From UHGV virus genome UHGV-1597668: a DNA stretch of 16,542 nucleotides; one strand, 5' to 3'. Below the pieces are notes generated by a model. That model was not told the origin of the DNA, made no database searches, and worked only from the letters and a program-made list of their open reading frames with translations. Positions 1-7,710 of the stretch are shown one piece after another; position 1 is the first letter of the stretch; each line of letters starts with the position of its first letter. The position numbers were made by a program, and so were the translations under genes. The DNA is from a virus.

Positions 1-160
1 AGACGGGGACACTCTGCGGTCGATTTTTTGACGGGGGACGACTCATACCCCGTGGCATCTGGCTTCTTAGGCCGCTACCATCATCAGATCATCGTTTGCA
101 TTTACTTTAATGGTCAGTTTCTAAACCGCCGCAAAGTCGCTAACCATGACGAAAACCCTG

Positions 161-186
161 AAAAAAACGCCCACCCGAAGATGGGC
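161..186 (-). terminator. Rho-independent terminator on the minus strand (7-bp stem, UUCG tetraloop, U7 tract)
   Basis: Minus-strand RNA reads GCCCAUC-UUCG-GGUGGGC-G-UUUUUUU (plus 169-186 stem/loop, plus 161-167 A-run). About 185 nt downstream of the dmt stop. Confidence 0.7.
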
Positions 187-347
187 AAACTGGAAGCTCG
201 TAACGCACTTCGGCGTTGCCACTTAGGCGCATGGTCAACCTGGCAACTCGGTGGTTTGTCTGGGAGGACTAGGCCCAGCCATGCTTACCGCCGCGCCTGT
301 CGCGGCTAACAGCTAAATCGCTCTATAAATCACGATTCATTGAGGCT

Positions 348-377
348 ATATTACACTAATAAATTTATTAGAGCAAT
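348..377 (-). promoter_or_regulatory. P1 C1-repressor operator-like site with overlapping leftward promoter
   Basis: Plus 361-377 AAATTTATTAGAGCAAT is the exact reverse complement of the P1 C1 operator consensus ATTGCTCTAATAAATTT (recalled from literature). On the minus strand TTGCTC (376-371) + 17 bp + TAATAT (353-348) forms a sigma70-like promoter. The site overlaps the dmt stop codon (368-370). Confidence 0.5.
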
Positions 378-2737
378 ATACCCAAAACGTCATGAGCTAC
401 ACCTCGAGTGTCTCCCTTACAAGACACAGAACGTCTGGCAAAAAGAGGTTCCACTCTGAAGCCACTGTCATGATAAAGCTCTCTGATGTTTGGCGCGCCA
501 CTGTTAGTAATGAGAACCTTTGCACCTCGACGATGAGCATCCGTCAACAGAGACACCAGGCGTTTTTGCTCTTCAAACTTAAAGTCATGACCGGAATAGT
601 TCGTGAATCCCTCTGTATTTGGAAGCGGTTCATACGGCGGATCGCAAAAGATGACATCTCCTTCTCCGGCAGCTTCAATCACCGCTGCAAAATCACCGCA
701 TACAAACTCAGACCGCCCTTCCGCACCGAGGAAGGCTTCCATCTCCTGTAATGGGAAATACGGAGTTTTATACTTCCCATAACCGACATTGAACTCACCG
801 GCCTGGTTGTAGCGCGTCAATCCGTTAAAACAATGTCGGTTCAGGAACAAAAACGCCGCTGCGCGATGTAAATCATCATAGACTTGTTTGTTAAACGCAT
901 TCCGTACTGCCAGGTATCCTTCCTGTGTGTTGTAGTCCTGGAAGAAACGATGTGCCAGAGTGATAAGTGAATGCGCCTCGCGTTGCAGAGTCTTGTAAAA
1001 GTTAATCAGGTCAGCATTCACATCATTTAGCAGATTTTCCTGGTATCCGGCATTCATGAAGACAGCTCCGCCACCAACGAAAGGTTCAATCAAGCGCTTC
1101 CCTTCTGGCAAATAGCGAAAGATTTGTTCCAGAACACCAAATTTTCCACCAGCCCATTTGAATATAGACCGTTCGAATTCTGCCGCTGGTTTAACTTTTC
1201 GCTCTTTTGTTTCACTTCCTTCTTTCTGCCGACATACGGCCTTAGTAATCTGATCGCCAATCCAGCGCATTACTGGTATTGCCATACTATTGCCGATCGC
1301 TTTGTAACGCGGTCCGTCAGCTGCAAGCATCGCGGCCTCTTCTTCGCTTAAATCTGGATAGTGATTGCGAAGATATGCCAGTTCATCTGAATTAACTTTT
1401 TTACGCTTTTCCGTAGGGATCAACGTATGCCCATCAGGAAAACCTTGCAGCCTTTCACATTCGACAGGGGTAAGACGGCGGACAGCTACTTCTGCGTTTC
1501 TTACTTCATAGCAAACAGCTGTTGGATTTTTAGCCATTAGAGATGGTGAAGTATTCTTAGTTGCAGCATGTTGTGTACCGCTCATACGCTCAGGAAAAGC
1601 CAATGTAACAAGATGCTCATGGCTTTCTTGCTCACGTGCCCGCAATGTACCATGCCCTTCTGACCAAAAACCTGCTCCTGTGCTGCTAAAAACGGCAAGA
1701 TCAGTGGCATCTTTAAAATCTCTTGCCTTTACTGTCGATGCGGTTTCATCGTCAATATATTCCCCAAATGCTGCCATCCTGAAAGCGTTTACGGCTTTCG
1801 TCGATTTCATACCGGGTGGCATGTCAGCGTGTAGGCATGGATTTAGGCTTTCGCCACTGATTGCAGCGCCATTTGCAATAATGGCGGAAGCGATTTCCTT
1901 CTTTTTTCGGCTCGGCGCAATATTCCGGCGCACGCCTTCGAACTCAAAAAGTACCGTTGCGGGATCGAGGTCTGTTCGAGCACTTGCGACAACAAACACG
2001 CATCGGCGTCGTTGTGCCACTCCGAAGTATTGGGCATCAAGGATTCTCCAGGCCACTTTTCGCTGCGGTCCATAAATACAACCACACTGCGGCCACTTTG
2101 GAGCATGGCAACCGGTTTTGATATCCCACCGCCAGAACGCGTTACTTTTTCCTGATTCAGGTCGATCACCTGGTTCGAATGGCGCATCTTCTCCAGCCAA
2201 TCCGGCAAGGAAACATCCGAAGGCGTTATCTGCCGATGACAAGACTCCTGGGACATTTTCCCAGACGATAACGGCTGGTTTGAGAAATGACTCAGCCCGT
2301 TTGTCGTCAATTGCATTTGCAAGCTCCACATACTTTAAAGTTAGCGCGCCACGCTCATCATCAAGCCCACCACGTAATCCAGCGATACTGAATGCCTGAC
2401 AGTTATGGACCACCGCACCATTGAGGATATAGGAATGATCACCTTCGACTTCTATGTTGTATACAGTATCTAGGCCTACCGATTTAAACTCTTTGACTGT
2501 TCGTAAAAGCATTCCATGAGCCAATCTTGATTTACGTGACAATTTCTGCGGGCAGATTGTTACCTGATAATAATTCCGTTGATTTACCACGCGATCCTCA
2601 ATCACTTTTTTGGGCTCAACTTCAATAAAGCTGACCGAAGAAACATAACCACAAGTCTGTGACAACTCCGCAACGCCCCAAGCAATACTCGCGGCTTCAA
2701 TTCCACTGCAAACAGATCCATAGCACAGCTCTTTCAC
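368..2737 (-). CDS. dmt: Bifunctional DNA methyltransferase: N-terminal C5-cytosine MTase domain fused to C-terminal Dam-type N6-adenine MTase domain (P1 Dmt-like)
   Basis: 788-aa ORF. C5-MTase motifs: CQAFSIAG (motif IV catalytic Cys), IVWENVPGV (ENV), [10 protein letters not shown] (motif VIII), [19 protein letters not shown] (IX), [10 protein letters not shown] (X). Dam motifs in the C-terminal ~270 aa: [42 protein letters not shown]. Start ATG overlaps the hrdC stop (ATGA), suggesting translational coupling. Confidence 0.9.
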   Translation of the reverse strand: MKELCYGSVCSGIEAASIAWGVAELSQTCGYVSSVSFIEVEPKKVIEDRVVNQRNYYQVTICPQKLSRKSRLAHGMLLRTVKEFKSVGLDTVYNIEVEGDHSYILNGAVVHNCQAFSIAGLRGGLDDERGALTLKYVELANAIDDKRAESFLKPAVIVWENVPGVLSSADNAFGCFLAGLAGEDAPFEPGDRPESGKSNAFWRWDIKTGCHAPKWPQCGCIYGPQRKVAWRILDAQYFGVAQRRRCVFVVASARTDLDPATVLFEFEGVRRNIAPSRKKKEIASAIIANGAAISGESLNPCLHADMPPGMKSTKAVNAFRMAAFGEYIDDETASTVKARDFKDATDLAVFSSTGAGFWSEGHGTLRAREQESHEHLVTLAFPERMSGTQHAATKNTSPSLMAKNPTAVCYEVRNAEVAVRRLTPVECERLQGFPDGHTLIPTEKRKKVNSDELAYLRNHYPDLSEEEAAMLAADGPRYKAIGNSMAIPVMRWIGDQITKAVCRQKEGSETKERKVKPAAEFERSIFKWAGGKFGVLEQIFRYLPEGKRLIEPFVGGGAVFMNAGYQENLLNDVNADLINFYKTLQREAHSLITLAHRFFQDYNTQEGYLAVRNAFNKQVYDDLHRAAAFLFLNRHCFNGLTRYNQAGEFNVGYGKYKTPYFPLQEMEAFLGAEGRSEFVCGDFAAVIEAAGEGDVIFCDPPYEPLPNTEGFTNYSGHDFKFEEQKRLVSLLTDAHRRGAKVLITNSGAPNIRELYHDSGFRVEPLFARRSVSCKGDTRGVAHDVLGILL

Positions 2738-3639
2738 TGCTTAGCCTCTCCACCAAGGGCATTTACCAGAGCATCAACCAGGCACGAAATTTCACTGGTC
2801 AACAGGAAGAAATCTGCGTCCAGTCGCTGCGCAACATCTTCACTATCAATATCAGAGTTCTGCTCAAGCAATTCATCCGCAAATTTGACGCTGGTAAGGC
2901 TGAAGTTATGGTCCAGTGTAAATTTAATGCGGTTCTGCCAGTCGAGTGCCAACTTAGTGACGAGCTTGCCAGCTTCCAGGTGTGTGGAAATTTCATCGCT
3001 TCCCAAATCCTGCTTTTTCACTCGGGCAATACCGCCATCCTCAAGCACTGCCTTAAGTTCTGCCGCATCCCCCATTTGAAATCCCTGTGGAGCACTACCA
3101 TCACGTACCCAGTCGGTCAGCGTTAATTCAATGGGATTTTCAACACTCAGGGGAACAACAGGAAGAGAACCCAGAGACTTACGCATAAGCGCGAGCATAT
3201 CCTCTGCCTGCCGCGCGCTGGCATTGATATAGATACGTTTAGTTGAACCATCGTAGATCGCCTGGATAACAGAAAACTTTGAAAAAGCCCGTGGCAGAAG
3301 AGAATGCAGAACTTCGTCTTTCAGGGAATCCTTCTCTGTTTTCTTCAGTTTACGCGCTTGTTCTTGCTCAAGTTTTTCAATTTTTTCTTGAATAGCTCGC
3401 TGGATAACCGGCGGGGGAAGAATTTTTGTTTCGCGCTTTGCTTCAACAAGGATAAAACCATTTCCATGCATAGCGATAACTTCGGAATTATCACCAAATG
3501 GCGATACAAAACCGAACTTGGCCATATCCTGACTACCGCATGGCGTGAAAAGGATCATTTTCTTTTTATCTTCTAAGTCGGTCAGATCCGCCTCACGAGA
3601 AAGTTTATAAATAGTAATGTTTTTCCAGTGCTTAAACAT
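2734..3639 (-). CDS. hrdC: RdgC-family recombination-associated protein (P1 HrdC-like)
   Basis: Near full-length similarity to E. coli RdgC as I recall it ([68 protein letters not shown]-terminal LGGEA). Start placed at internal ATG 3639 ([16 protein letters not shown], matching the RdgC N-terminus MLWFKNLMVYRLSRE) rather than the longest-ORF start at 3753. Confidence 0.9.
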   Translation of the reverse strand: MFKHWKNITIYKLSREADLTDLEDKKKMILFTPCGSQDMAKFGFVSPFGDNSEVIAMHGNGFILVEAKRETKILPPPVIQRAIQEKIEKLEQEQARKLKKTEKDSLKDEVLHSLLPRAFSKFSVIQAIYDGSTKRIYINASARQAEDMLALMRKSLGSLPVVPLSVENPIELTLTDWVRDGSAPQGFQMGDAAELKAVLEDGGIARVKKQDLGSDEISTHLEAGKLVTKLALDWQNRIKFTLDHNFSLTSVKFADELLEQNSDIDSEDVAQRLDADFFLLTSEISCLVDALVNALGGEAKQ

Positions 3640-3916
3640 GTTGTAACCCTTGAATATCAACCACAGAAAGCTCGTCTTTGTAGAAAAAGGCCAGGTTGTG
3701 GCCCCCCCTCGTTTGAGCGTATGAGCTGGGACCAATTTCGTTCTTCCAGACAAATGGCTTTAAATCCGTACGGCGAAGCATAAAAACGCGATTTGTTCCG
3801 CTCTGATTCCCAATGAGGCAAAAGCCTTCTTTCACCTTGATAGCCTGCAAGTTGTCGAGTTCACCGCTGGTTACACGGCTATCGAACTCCTTGCGGCTTA
3901 TTAGCTCCATCTGCAT
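3632..3916 (-). CDS. Hypothetical protein upstream of hrdC, 94 aa with this start (P1 uhr position)
   Basis: ORF in the six-frame track (3632..3988). Start chosen at ATG 3916, which has a GGAG Shine-Dalgarno 7 nt upstream; the upstream TTG/ATG starts overlap the promoter/operator region. Overlaps the hrdC start by 8 nt. No recognisable domain. Confidence 0.5.
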   Translation of the reverse strand: MQMELISRKEFDSRVTSGELDNLQAIKVKEGFCLIGNQSGTNRVFMLRRTDLKPFVWKNEIGPSSYAQTRGGHNLAFFYKDELSVVDIQGLQHV

Positions 3917-3987
3917 CTGACGACTCCAAACAAATGCCCATTGAAGGGCGATGGCTGAATGGTACCGAAAACACGACATAAAAAACA

Positions 3988-4004
3988 ATATTTATTAGAG
4001 CAAT
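3988..4004 (-). promoter_or_regulatory. P1 C1-repressor operator-like site upstream of the uhr-hrdC-dmt operon
   Basis: Minus strand reads ATTGCTCTAATAAATAT, 16/17 identical to consensus ATTGCTCTAATAAATTT. Lies in the divergent intergenic region just upstream of the leftward operon. Shares the 14-bp core TTTATTAGAGCAAT with the site at 361-377. Confidence 0.5.
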
Positions 4005-4031
4005 TATGCAATAGTTAACGCCATGTAGACC

Positions 4032-4052
4032 ACAAGTAACCTAAGTTAAAAT
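4032..4052 (+). promoter_or_regulatory. Candidate phage late-type promoter (ACAAGTAAC-N6-TAAAAT)
   Basis: Same architecture and spacing as the element at 11057-11077 (ACAAGTGAC-N6-TAAAAT) upstream of the gp23-like gene. Sits 33 nt upstream of the 4085 ORF. Confidence 0.3.
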
Positions 4053-4084
4053 AACGAAAACCAGAGCAAATAATTGGTGATGAC

Positions 4085-4369
4085 GTGGCAAGTATTGCAA
4101 CAAAAGACAGCATTTGTTCGGGGCACGGAGGATTCCCATCCAGGCCTCCTGTAGAGAGTGAACCACTACTTAAAGTCAACGGAGTCGAAGTGTTAGTTGA
4201 TGGTAAGCAATATGCACAGCATACCGATGGAAACAGTACGCACGGTGGGCAAGCTATATCAACCAGGGCATGGTTTACCGTCAATGGTAAAGGGGTCGTA
4301 TGCGTTGGTGACCCTGTTTCATGCGGCTCTACCGTAGCGTCAGGAGACGGCCTGGTTCAGGTAAGTTAG
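4085..4369 (+). CDS. PAAR-like small protein (94 aa, GTG start)
   Basis: Repeated Gly-rich beta-strand pattern typical of PAAR cone proteins: SGHGG..., KVNGVEVLVDG, STHGGQAIS, FTVNGKGVVCVGDPVSCGSTVASG. First gene of the rightward operon. Confidence 0.5.
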   Translation: MASIATKDSICSGHGGFPSRPPVESEPLLKVNGVEVLVDGKQYAQHTDGNSTHGGQAISTRAWFTVNGKGVVCVGDPVSCGSTVASGDGLVQVS

Positions 4370-4377
4370 GAGATATC

Positions 4378-5166
4378 ATGCTGGAAAAAGACTACCAGTT
4401 ATCCGCATATAAAAAATTGGCCGCTGCCGGTGGGATGAAAACACCTGGTGCCATAACATCGGCACGAAACAGTGCTAACACGGCAAAACAGCTTGCAGAA
4501 GAATTGACCGGATTAATTTTGGATACAATTGTCTATCCCGACACTATTACCAGCTATGTTTCAACGATCAGAACAACCACAGCCGGCTTAACGAACATTG
4601 GAGAACTGGCAACTAAGCACGCGGACCTGTTGGCTGGTTATGCAGATCTGTCAATGCTGCTTCAACTCGATATTGGTTGGGATGTTTACTGCCGTGCTAA
4701 TGAGCGAGAAGTTTCAGAACTGCCAATCTCTATTGCCATTGGTGATGTGACTATTACTAAATCGCTTGAGGACGCTGTAAACGCGCTTAATACATCAAGT
4801 TTAGTCGCTGCTATGGGGGAGATTAACCAGACCCTTAACACTGGCTCTGAAAGCTCGTCAGGTACTGGTTCAGGCGGCGGCACTGCCATTCCCCCACCAG
4901 CACTAACAGAAAAGCAAATTGAAGCTCTGAAAGTAGCAACTGAACAGTTTGGGGGAGTTTTCAACCAAACAACAGCGCCCACAGTTGCATTGCAACAGCA
5001 GTATGAACGGGCGAAGGAAAGCGCCAGCATAGCCATAACTGCTTATGGCCATGCTATTGGTACCGCGCTTGCGGAAGCATCAGCAAATAAGACCAGCACA
5101 GCCAGCGCAGTCGCCGCTTTGGTTCCTGATTCTGTTCTTGATGAATTAAACAAAGCGGCACAGTAA
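4378..5166 (+). CDS. Hypothetical Ala/Thr/Ser-rich protein, 262 aa
   Basis: ATG at 4378 with AGGAG Shine-Dalgarno 7 nt upstream, immediately after the PAAR-like gene's stop. Contains a Gly/Ser linker (SESSSGTGSGGGTAIPPP). No recognisable catalytic motif. Confidence 0.6.
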   Translation: MLEKDYQLSAYKKLAAAGGMKTPGAITSARNSANTAKQLAEELTGLILDTIVYPDTITSYVSTIRTTTAGLTNIGELATKHADLLAGYADLSMLLQLDIGWDVYCRANEREVSELPISIAIGDVTITKSLEDAVNALNTSSLVAAMGEINQTLNTGSESSSGTGSGGGTAIPPPALTEKQIEALKVATEQFGGVFNQTTAPTVALQQQYERAKESASIAITAYGHAIGTALAEASANKTSTASAVAALVPDSVLDELNKAAQ

Positions 5167-5205
5167 CAAAGGACTTCATTGATAATTTTTCTTCAGGAGG
5201 AAGAC

Positions 5206-5628
5206 ATGTCATTCTTTTCTACGTTAAAAACAGCTTTGTCTTTGAAGGAGAAACTTGCTGCTACTGGTGTTCTTGTTCTGATTTGCGCACTTGTTGGTGC
5301 TGGGTTTGCGTGGGAACGTCATCAGCTAAAGCAAGCCATGGAGAAAATTGGCAGTCTTGATCAGGCTGTTAAGGAACGTGATAAGTCAATAATGGATCTT
5401 AACCAGACCATTGAGACGATGAACAAAGCAGAGCAACATTTTCACAGCCAGGAAGTGAAAAATGAATCAGAACAAGCCAAGTATGCTGACAGGCAAATGG
5501 AACGAAAAGCTGAAGTTCAGAAACAACTTGTTGCGGCGGGTAATGTTCGCCAGCGTATTCCTGCTGACACTCAGCGGTTGCTCCGGGAGTCGATCAGCGA
5601 ATTTAACGCCGACGCCGACAAAGGTTAA
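5206..5628 (+). CDS. i-spanin-like (Rz-like) type II inner-membrane protein, 140 aa
   Basis: AGGAGG Shine-Dalgarno before ATG 5206. N-terminal transmembrane helix (TGVLVLICALVGAGFAW) followed by a charged periplasmic coiled-coil-like region. Its 3' part overlaps the lipoprotein ORF in another frame. Confidence 0.5.
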   Translation: MSFFSTLKTALSLKEKLAATGVLVLICALVGAGFAWERHQLKQAMEKIGSLDQAVKERDKSIMDLNQTIETMNKAEQHFHSQEVKNESEQAKYADRQMERKAEVQKQLVAAGNVRQRIPADTQRLLRESISEFNADADKG

Positions 5629-5794
5629 CCACCCTGCCCCAAAAAGTGCATTTATGTGCAGGATGCCAGAGTTTAGCAGTGAATATTTTGATGATCTGCC
5701 AGCGTATATCCTCGATACAGAAACGATGCTGATGGGGATTAACAGGAAGAATCACAACGTTAATGATTACAACCGAGCTATTAGCGGTAACTAA
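5462..5794 (+). CDS. o-spanin-like (Rz1-like) outer-membrane lipoprotein, overlapping the 3' end of the i-spanin-like gene
   Basis: Signal peptide with lipobox MFASVFLLTLSG|C, Pro-rich mature N-terminus (TPTPTKVNHPAPK). Start ambiguous (5462 with GGAAG Shine-Dalgarno, or internal ATG 5483/5543). Architecture resembles overlapped spanin pairs such as P2 lysB/lysC. Confidence 0.5.
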   Translation: MNQNKPSMLTGKWNEKLKFRNNLLRRVMFASVFLLTLSGCSGSRSANLTPTPTKVNHPAPKSAFMCRMPEFSSEYFDDLPAYILDTETMLMGINRKNHNVNDYNRAISGN

Positions 5795-5805
5795 AAGGGA
5801 TTTTT

Positions 5806-6198
5806 ATGTCTGATAAAGTAACAGTAAAGCAAACTATCAACAAAGCGACTTCAATCTACAAAATTGAGCAAATCACTGTTGGCAAGCCAGGATCTGAACA
5901 ATACCGTCGTGCTTTCGAGCTTGCCGATCAGCTTGGTTTAAAATACCCGGATTGCATCGAGCATGTATTTCCGACCTATGCTGATGAGCAATGTACTCAT
6001 GTTCTTACCGAAGAGGATTTTTTCAGCACTGAAGAACGAGAAGGCGTTGATCGCTGCATTGGTGTGATTTGCTCTTCAGTGAGTTATGAGTTATTCCCTA
6101 ATGTCCATGAAGATGGTGGTATTGGATACCAATTCCTGTACGAAGGCGATGAGCTTAAATGTTATGAACATGGTCTTCTTATCGAAAGCGTAGAATAA
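5806..6198 (+). CDS. Hypothetical protein, 130 aa (P1 upfA position)
   Basis: ATG with AAAGGGA Shine-Dalgarno; followed by a hairpin terminator. No recognisable domain. Confidence 0.6.
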   Translation: MSDKVTVKQTINKATSIYKIEQITVGKPGSEQYRRAFELADQLGLKYPDCIEHVFPTYADEQCTHVLTEEDFFSTEEREGVDRCIGVICSSVSYELFPNVHEDGGIGYQFLYEGDELKCYEHGLLIESVE

Positions 6199-6211
6199 TA
6201 TGACTTCCTTC

Positions 6212-6236
6212 CAACCGGCTTTGTTGGCCGGTTTAT
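6212..6236 (+). terminator. Hairpin terminator after the rightward operon
   Basis: AACCGGC-TTTGTTG-GCCGGTT stem-loop followed by TTTATT. Confidence 0.45.
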
Positions 6237-6240
6237 TCAA

Positions 6241-6347
6241 CTTATCCACAGCATAGATCCAATAAACAGATCCTAAAGAGAACCTAGGAAGATCCAAAGA
6301 AGATCCCGGATCGCTGTAAGCCGCGTCATTACTGGCCTGAAATGGGA
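6241..6347. other. oriR-like plasmid replication origin: DnaA box plus clustered GATC (Dam) sites
   Basis: Perfect DnaA box TTATCCACA (6241-6249). Six GATC sites within ~95 bp (6255, 6268, 6290, 6301, 6308, 6344), four of them in the heptamer context AGATCC. Immediately upstream of the iteron array. Confidence 0.6.
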
Positions 6348-6354
6348 TCAACAT

Positions 6355-6460
6355 TGACTATACGCGATTTTATGTTGACTGTGCACGATTTATTGTTGAC
6401 TGCACGCGATTTATTGTTGACTATACGCGACAGAAACATTGACTGTAAGCGATTTTAGAG
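6355..6460 (+). repeat. incC-like iteron array: five direct ~21-bp repeats, core TTGACTnnnnGCGATTT
   Basis: TTGACTATACGCGATTTTATG (6355), TTGACTGTGCACGATTTATTG (6376), TTGACTGCACGCGATTTATTG (6397), TTGACTATACGCGACAGAAAC (6418), TTGACTGTAAGCGATTTTAGA (6440), at regular 21-22 bp spacing. Confidence 0.8.
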
Positions 6461-6533
6461 TCTGAATATTCACAGCTGTTGATAACAGCCATCCAAATTG
6501 ACGTCAGGCCGCGCCACACATGGAGAAACTGCG

Positions 6534-7418
6534 ATGCCGGAAGAAAGTAAAGGCTTCCTTAGCGTTGAAGAAGTTGCAGGAAATACAGGAGAAATCCACA
6601 GCCTGAAGCCCAATAACAACAGCACTATACAACCCATCGCTTTGTTGCGCTTAGGTGTGTTTGTGCCAACCTTAAAATCTACCAATGTGGCGCTACGTCG
6701 CGGATCGTCAGTTACTACAAACACAACGAACGCAACCGAAGAACTATCAAGCCTCAAAATTGTTGAGCAGGAAGGCTATGAGGGAATTGAAATTCATGGT
6801 CCACGCCTGGATATGGATACTGATTTTAAGGTGTGGGTGGGCATAACCTCCGCGTTGTTTGACTACGCACCTGATGATGACGGCATAATCACCCTGCCAT
6901 TCTCCGAGTTTGCCGATCGATGCGGCTATCCACGTAAGCGCCTTTCAAAGGCGTTCCGTAAAAGTATTGATGACTCTCTGACACGCATTCAGCAGACAGT
7001 TGTCAAATTCCGCTTCCCGGCGGCAAAAGGTCATCTCAATAACATTAACGTCAACTTGTTGGCATATAGCAGCCTGAATACCGAGCTTGATGTTATCGAG
7101 ATCCAGCCGCAGAAACAGCTATCTGAACTTTACTATGTTGACTATAAGCGAATCCTGAAGCTGAAGATGCTGGATAAACTAGGGCGCAAAGAGACGGCCA
7201 AGGTACTGTATACATTCTTTGAGGCTCTACCCGCCAACCCGGCACCTGTCAGCATTGAGCGCCTTAGAGCGAGGCTTAATCTCAAATCATCCGTTAGCGT
7301 GCAAAATAGCGTTATCAGAAAAGCCATGAAAGATTTGGAAGCTATTGAATATCTTAAATTTTCAGAGATAAAAAACGGCAGGAAAATCGGCTTCCAGATC
7401 CATAAGCGCAATCCATAA
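6534..7418 (+). CDS. repA: Iteron-binding replication initiator RepA (P1 RepA family)
   Basis: Flanked by iteron arrays on both sides. Similarity to P1 RepA as recalled (QPIALLRLGVFVP, HGPRLDMDTDFKVWVG, YTFFEALPANPAPVSIERLRARL). Start set at ATG 6534 (GGAG Shine-Dalgarno) rather than TTG 6498. Confidence 0.85.
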   Translation: MPEESKGFLSVEEVAGNTGEIHSLKPNNNSTIQPIALLRLGVFVPTLKSTNVALRRGSSVTTNTTNATEELSSLKIVEQEGYEGIEIHGPRLDMDTDFKVWVGITSALFDYAPDDDGIITLPFSEFADRCGYPRKRLSKAFRKSIDDSLTRIQQTVVKFRFPAAKGHLNNINVNLLAYSSLNTELDVIEIQPQKQLSELYYVDYKRILKLKMLDKLGRKETAKVLYTFFEALPANPAPVSIERLRARLNLKSSVSVQNSVIRKAMKDLEAIEYLKFSEIKNGRKIGFQIHKRNP

Positions 7419-7420
7419 TA

Positions 7421-7675
7421 TTGACTATATGCGATAGCGAGAAGTTGACTATAGGCGACATTCGTTGACGCTGGTGGATTTTTGCTGGCGTCAATATTCT
7501 GCAAGTCGCTATTGAGATGGCTTTTAGGGGCATTTCATCGCGTATAGTCAACGTTTCTCCCGACAATATCTTACATAGTCGATCTTTGGTGGAGTTAAAT
7601 CGACTACAGTCAACTTTTGACTGTAGTCACATCGCGCATAGTCAACTATTCACATTAACCTTCGCGCATAGTCAA
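7421..7675. repeat. incA-like iteron array downstream of repA, iterons in both orientations
   Basis: Forward copies TTGACTATATGCGA (7421), TTGACTATAGGCGA (7445), TTGACTGTAGTCAC (7616). Reverse copies TCGCGTATAGTCAA (7538), CGACTACAGTCAA (7602), TCGCGCATAGTCAA (7632 and 7662). Same core as the incC iterons. Confidence 0.75.
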
Positions 7676-7710
7676 CATTTGCGCGGTTCTCATCAAGCAG
7701 TGGTATTGAT

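Noticed and set aside
28-309. 93-aa plus-strand ORF in the region downstream of dmt
   Set aside because: No Shine-Dalgarno, odd Arg/His/Trp-rich composition, and it spans the minus-strand hairpins and terminator. More likely non-coding; the region is better explained as a minus-strand transcript.
1-340. Possible tRNA genes (P1 encodes tRNAs somewhere near this part of its map)
   Set aside because: Neither strand shows a T-loop-like GTTCGAATC/GGTTCNANTCC motif or a cloverleaf-compatible arrangement. A proper tRNA-scan run would settle it.
392-2399. ORFs nested within dmt (392-751, 1124-1351, 1680-2075, 2118-2399 on the plus strand; 1843-2331 on the minus strand in another frame)
   Set aside because: They overlap a strongly supported methyltransferase CDS, lack ribosome-binding sites and have no recognisable motifs. 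Treated as frame artefacts.
368-2737. A complete canonical intein in dmt
   Set aside because: Only the C-terminal block F/G-like region is recognisable. There are too few residues between the putative MTase motifs I-II and this segment for the ~100-aa N-terminal splicing domain. Kept as a finding only in the form of an intein-like remnant or unconventional element.
2734-3753. Longest-ORF start for hrdC at 3753 (339 aa)
   Set aside because: The first 38 residues have no counterpart in RdgC and would overlap the upstream gene. The internal ATG at 3639 aligns with the RdgC N-terminus.
6355-7675. Repeat arrays as a possible CRISPR array
   Set aside because: The repeats are ~14-21 bp iterons with variable spacing and mixed orientation flanking repA, not 28-37 bp direct repeats with unique spacers; no cas genes are present.
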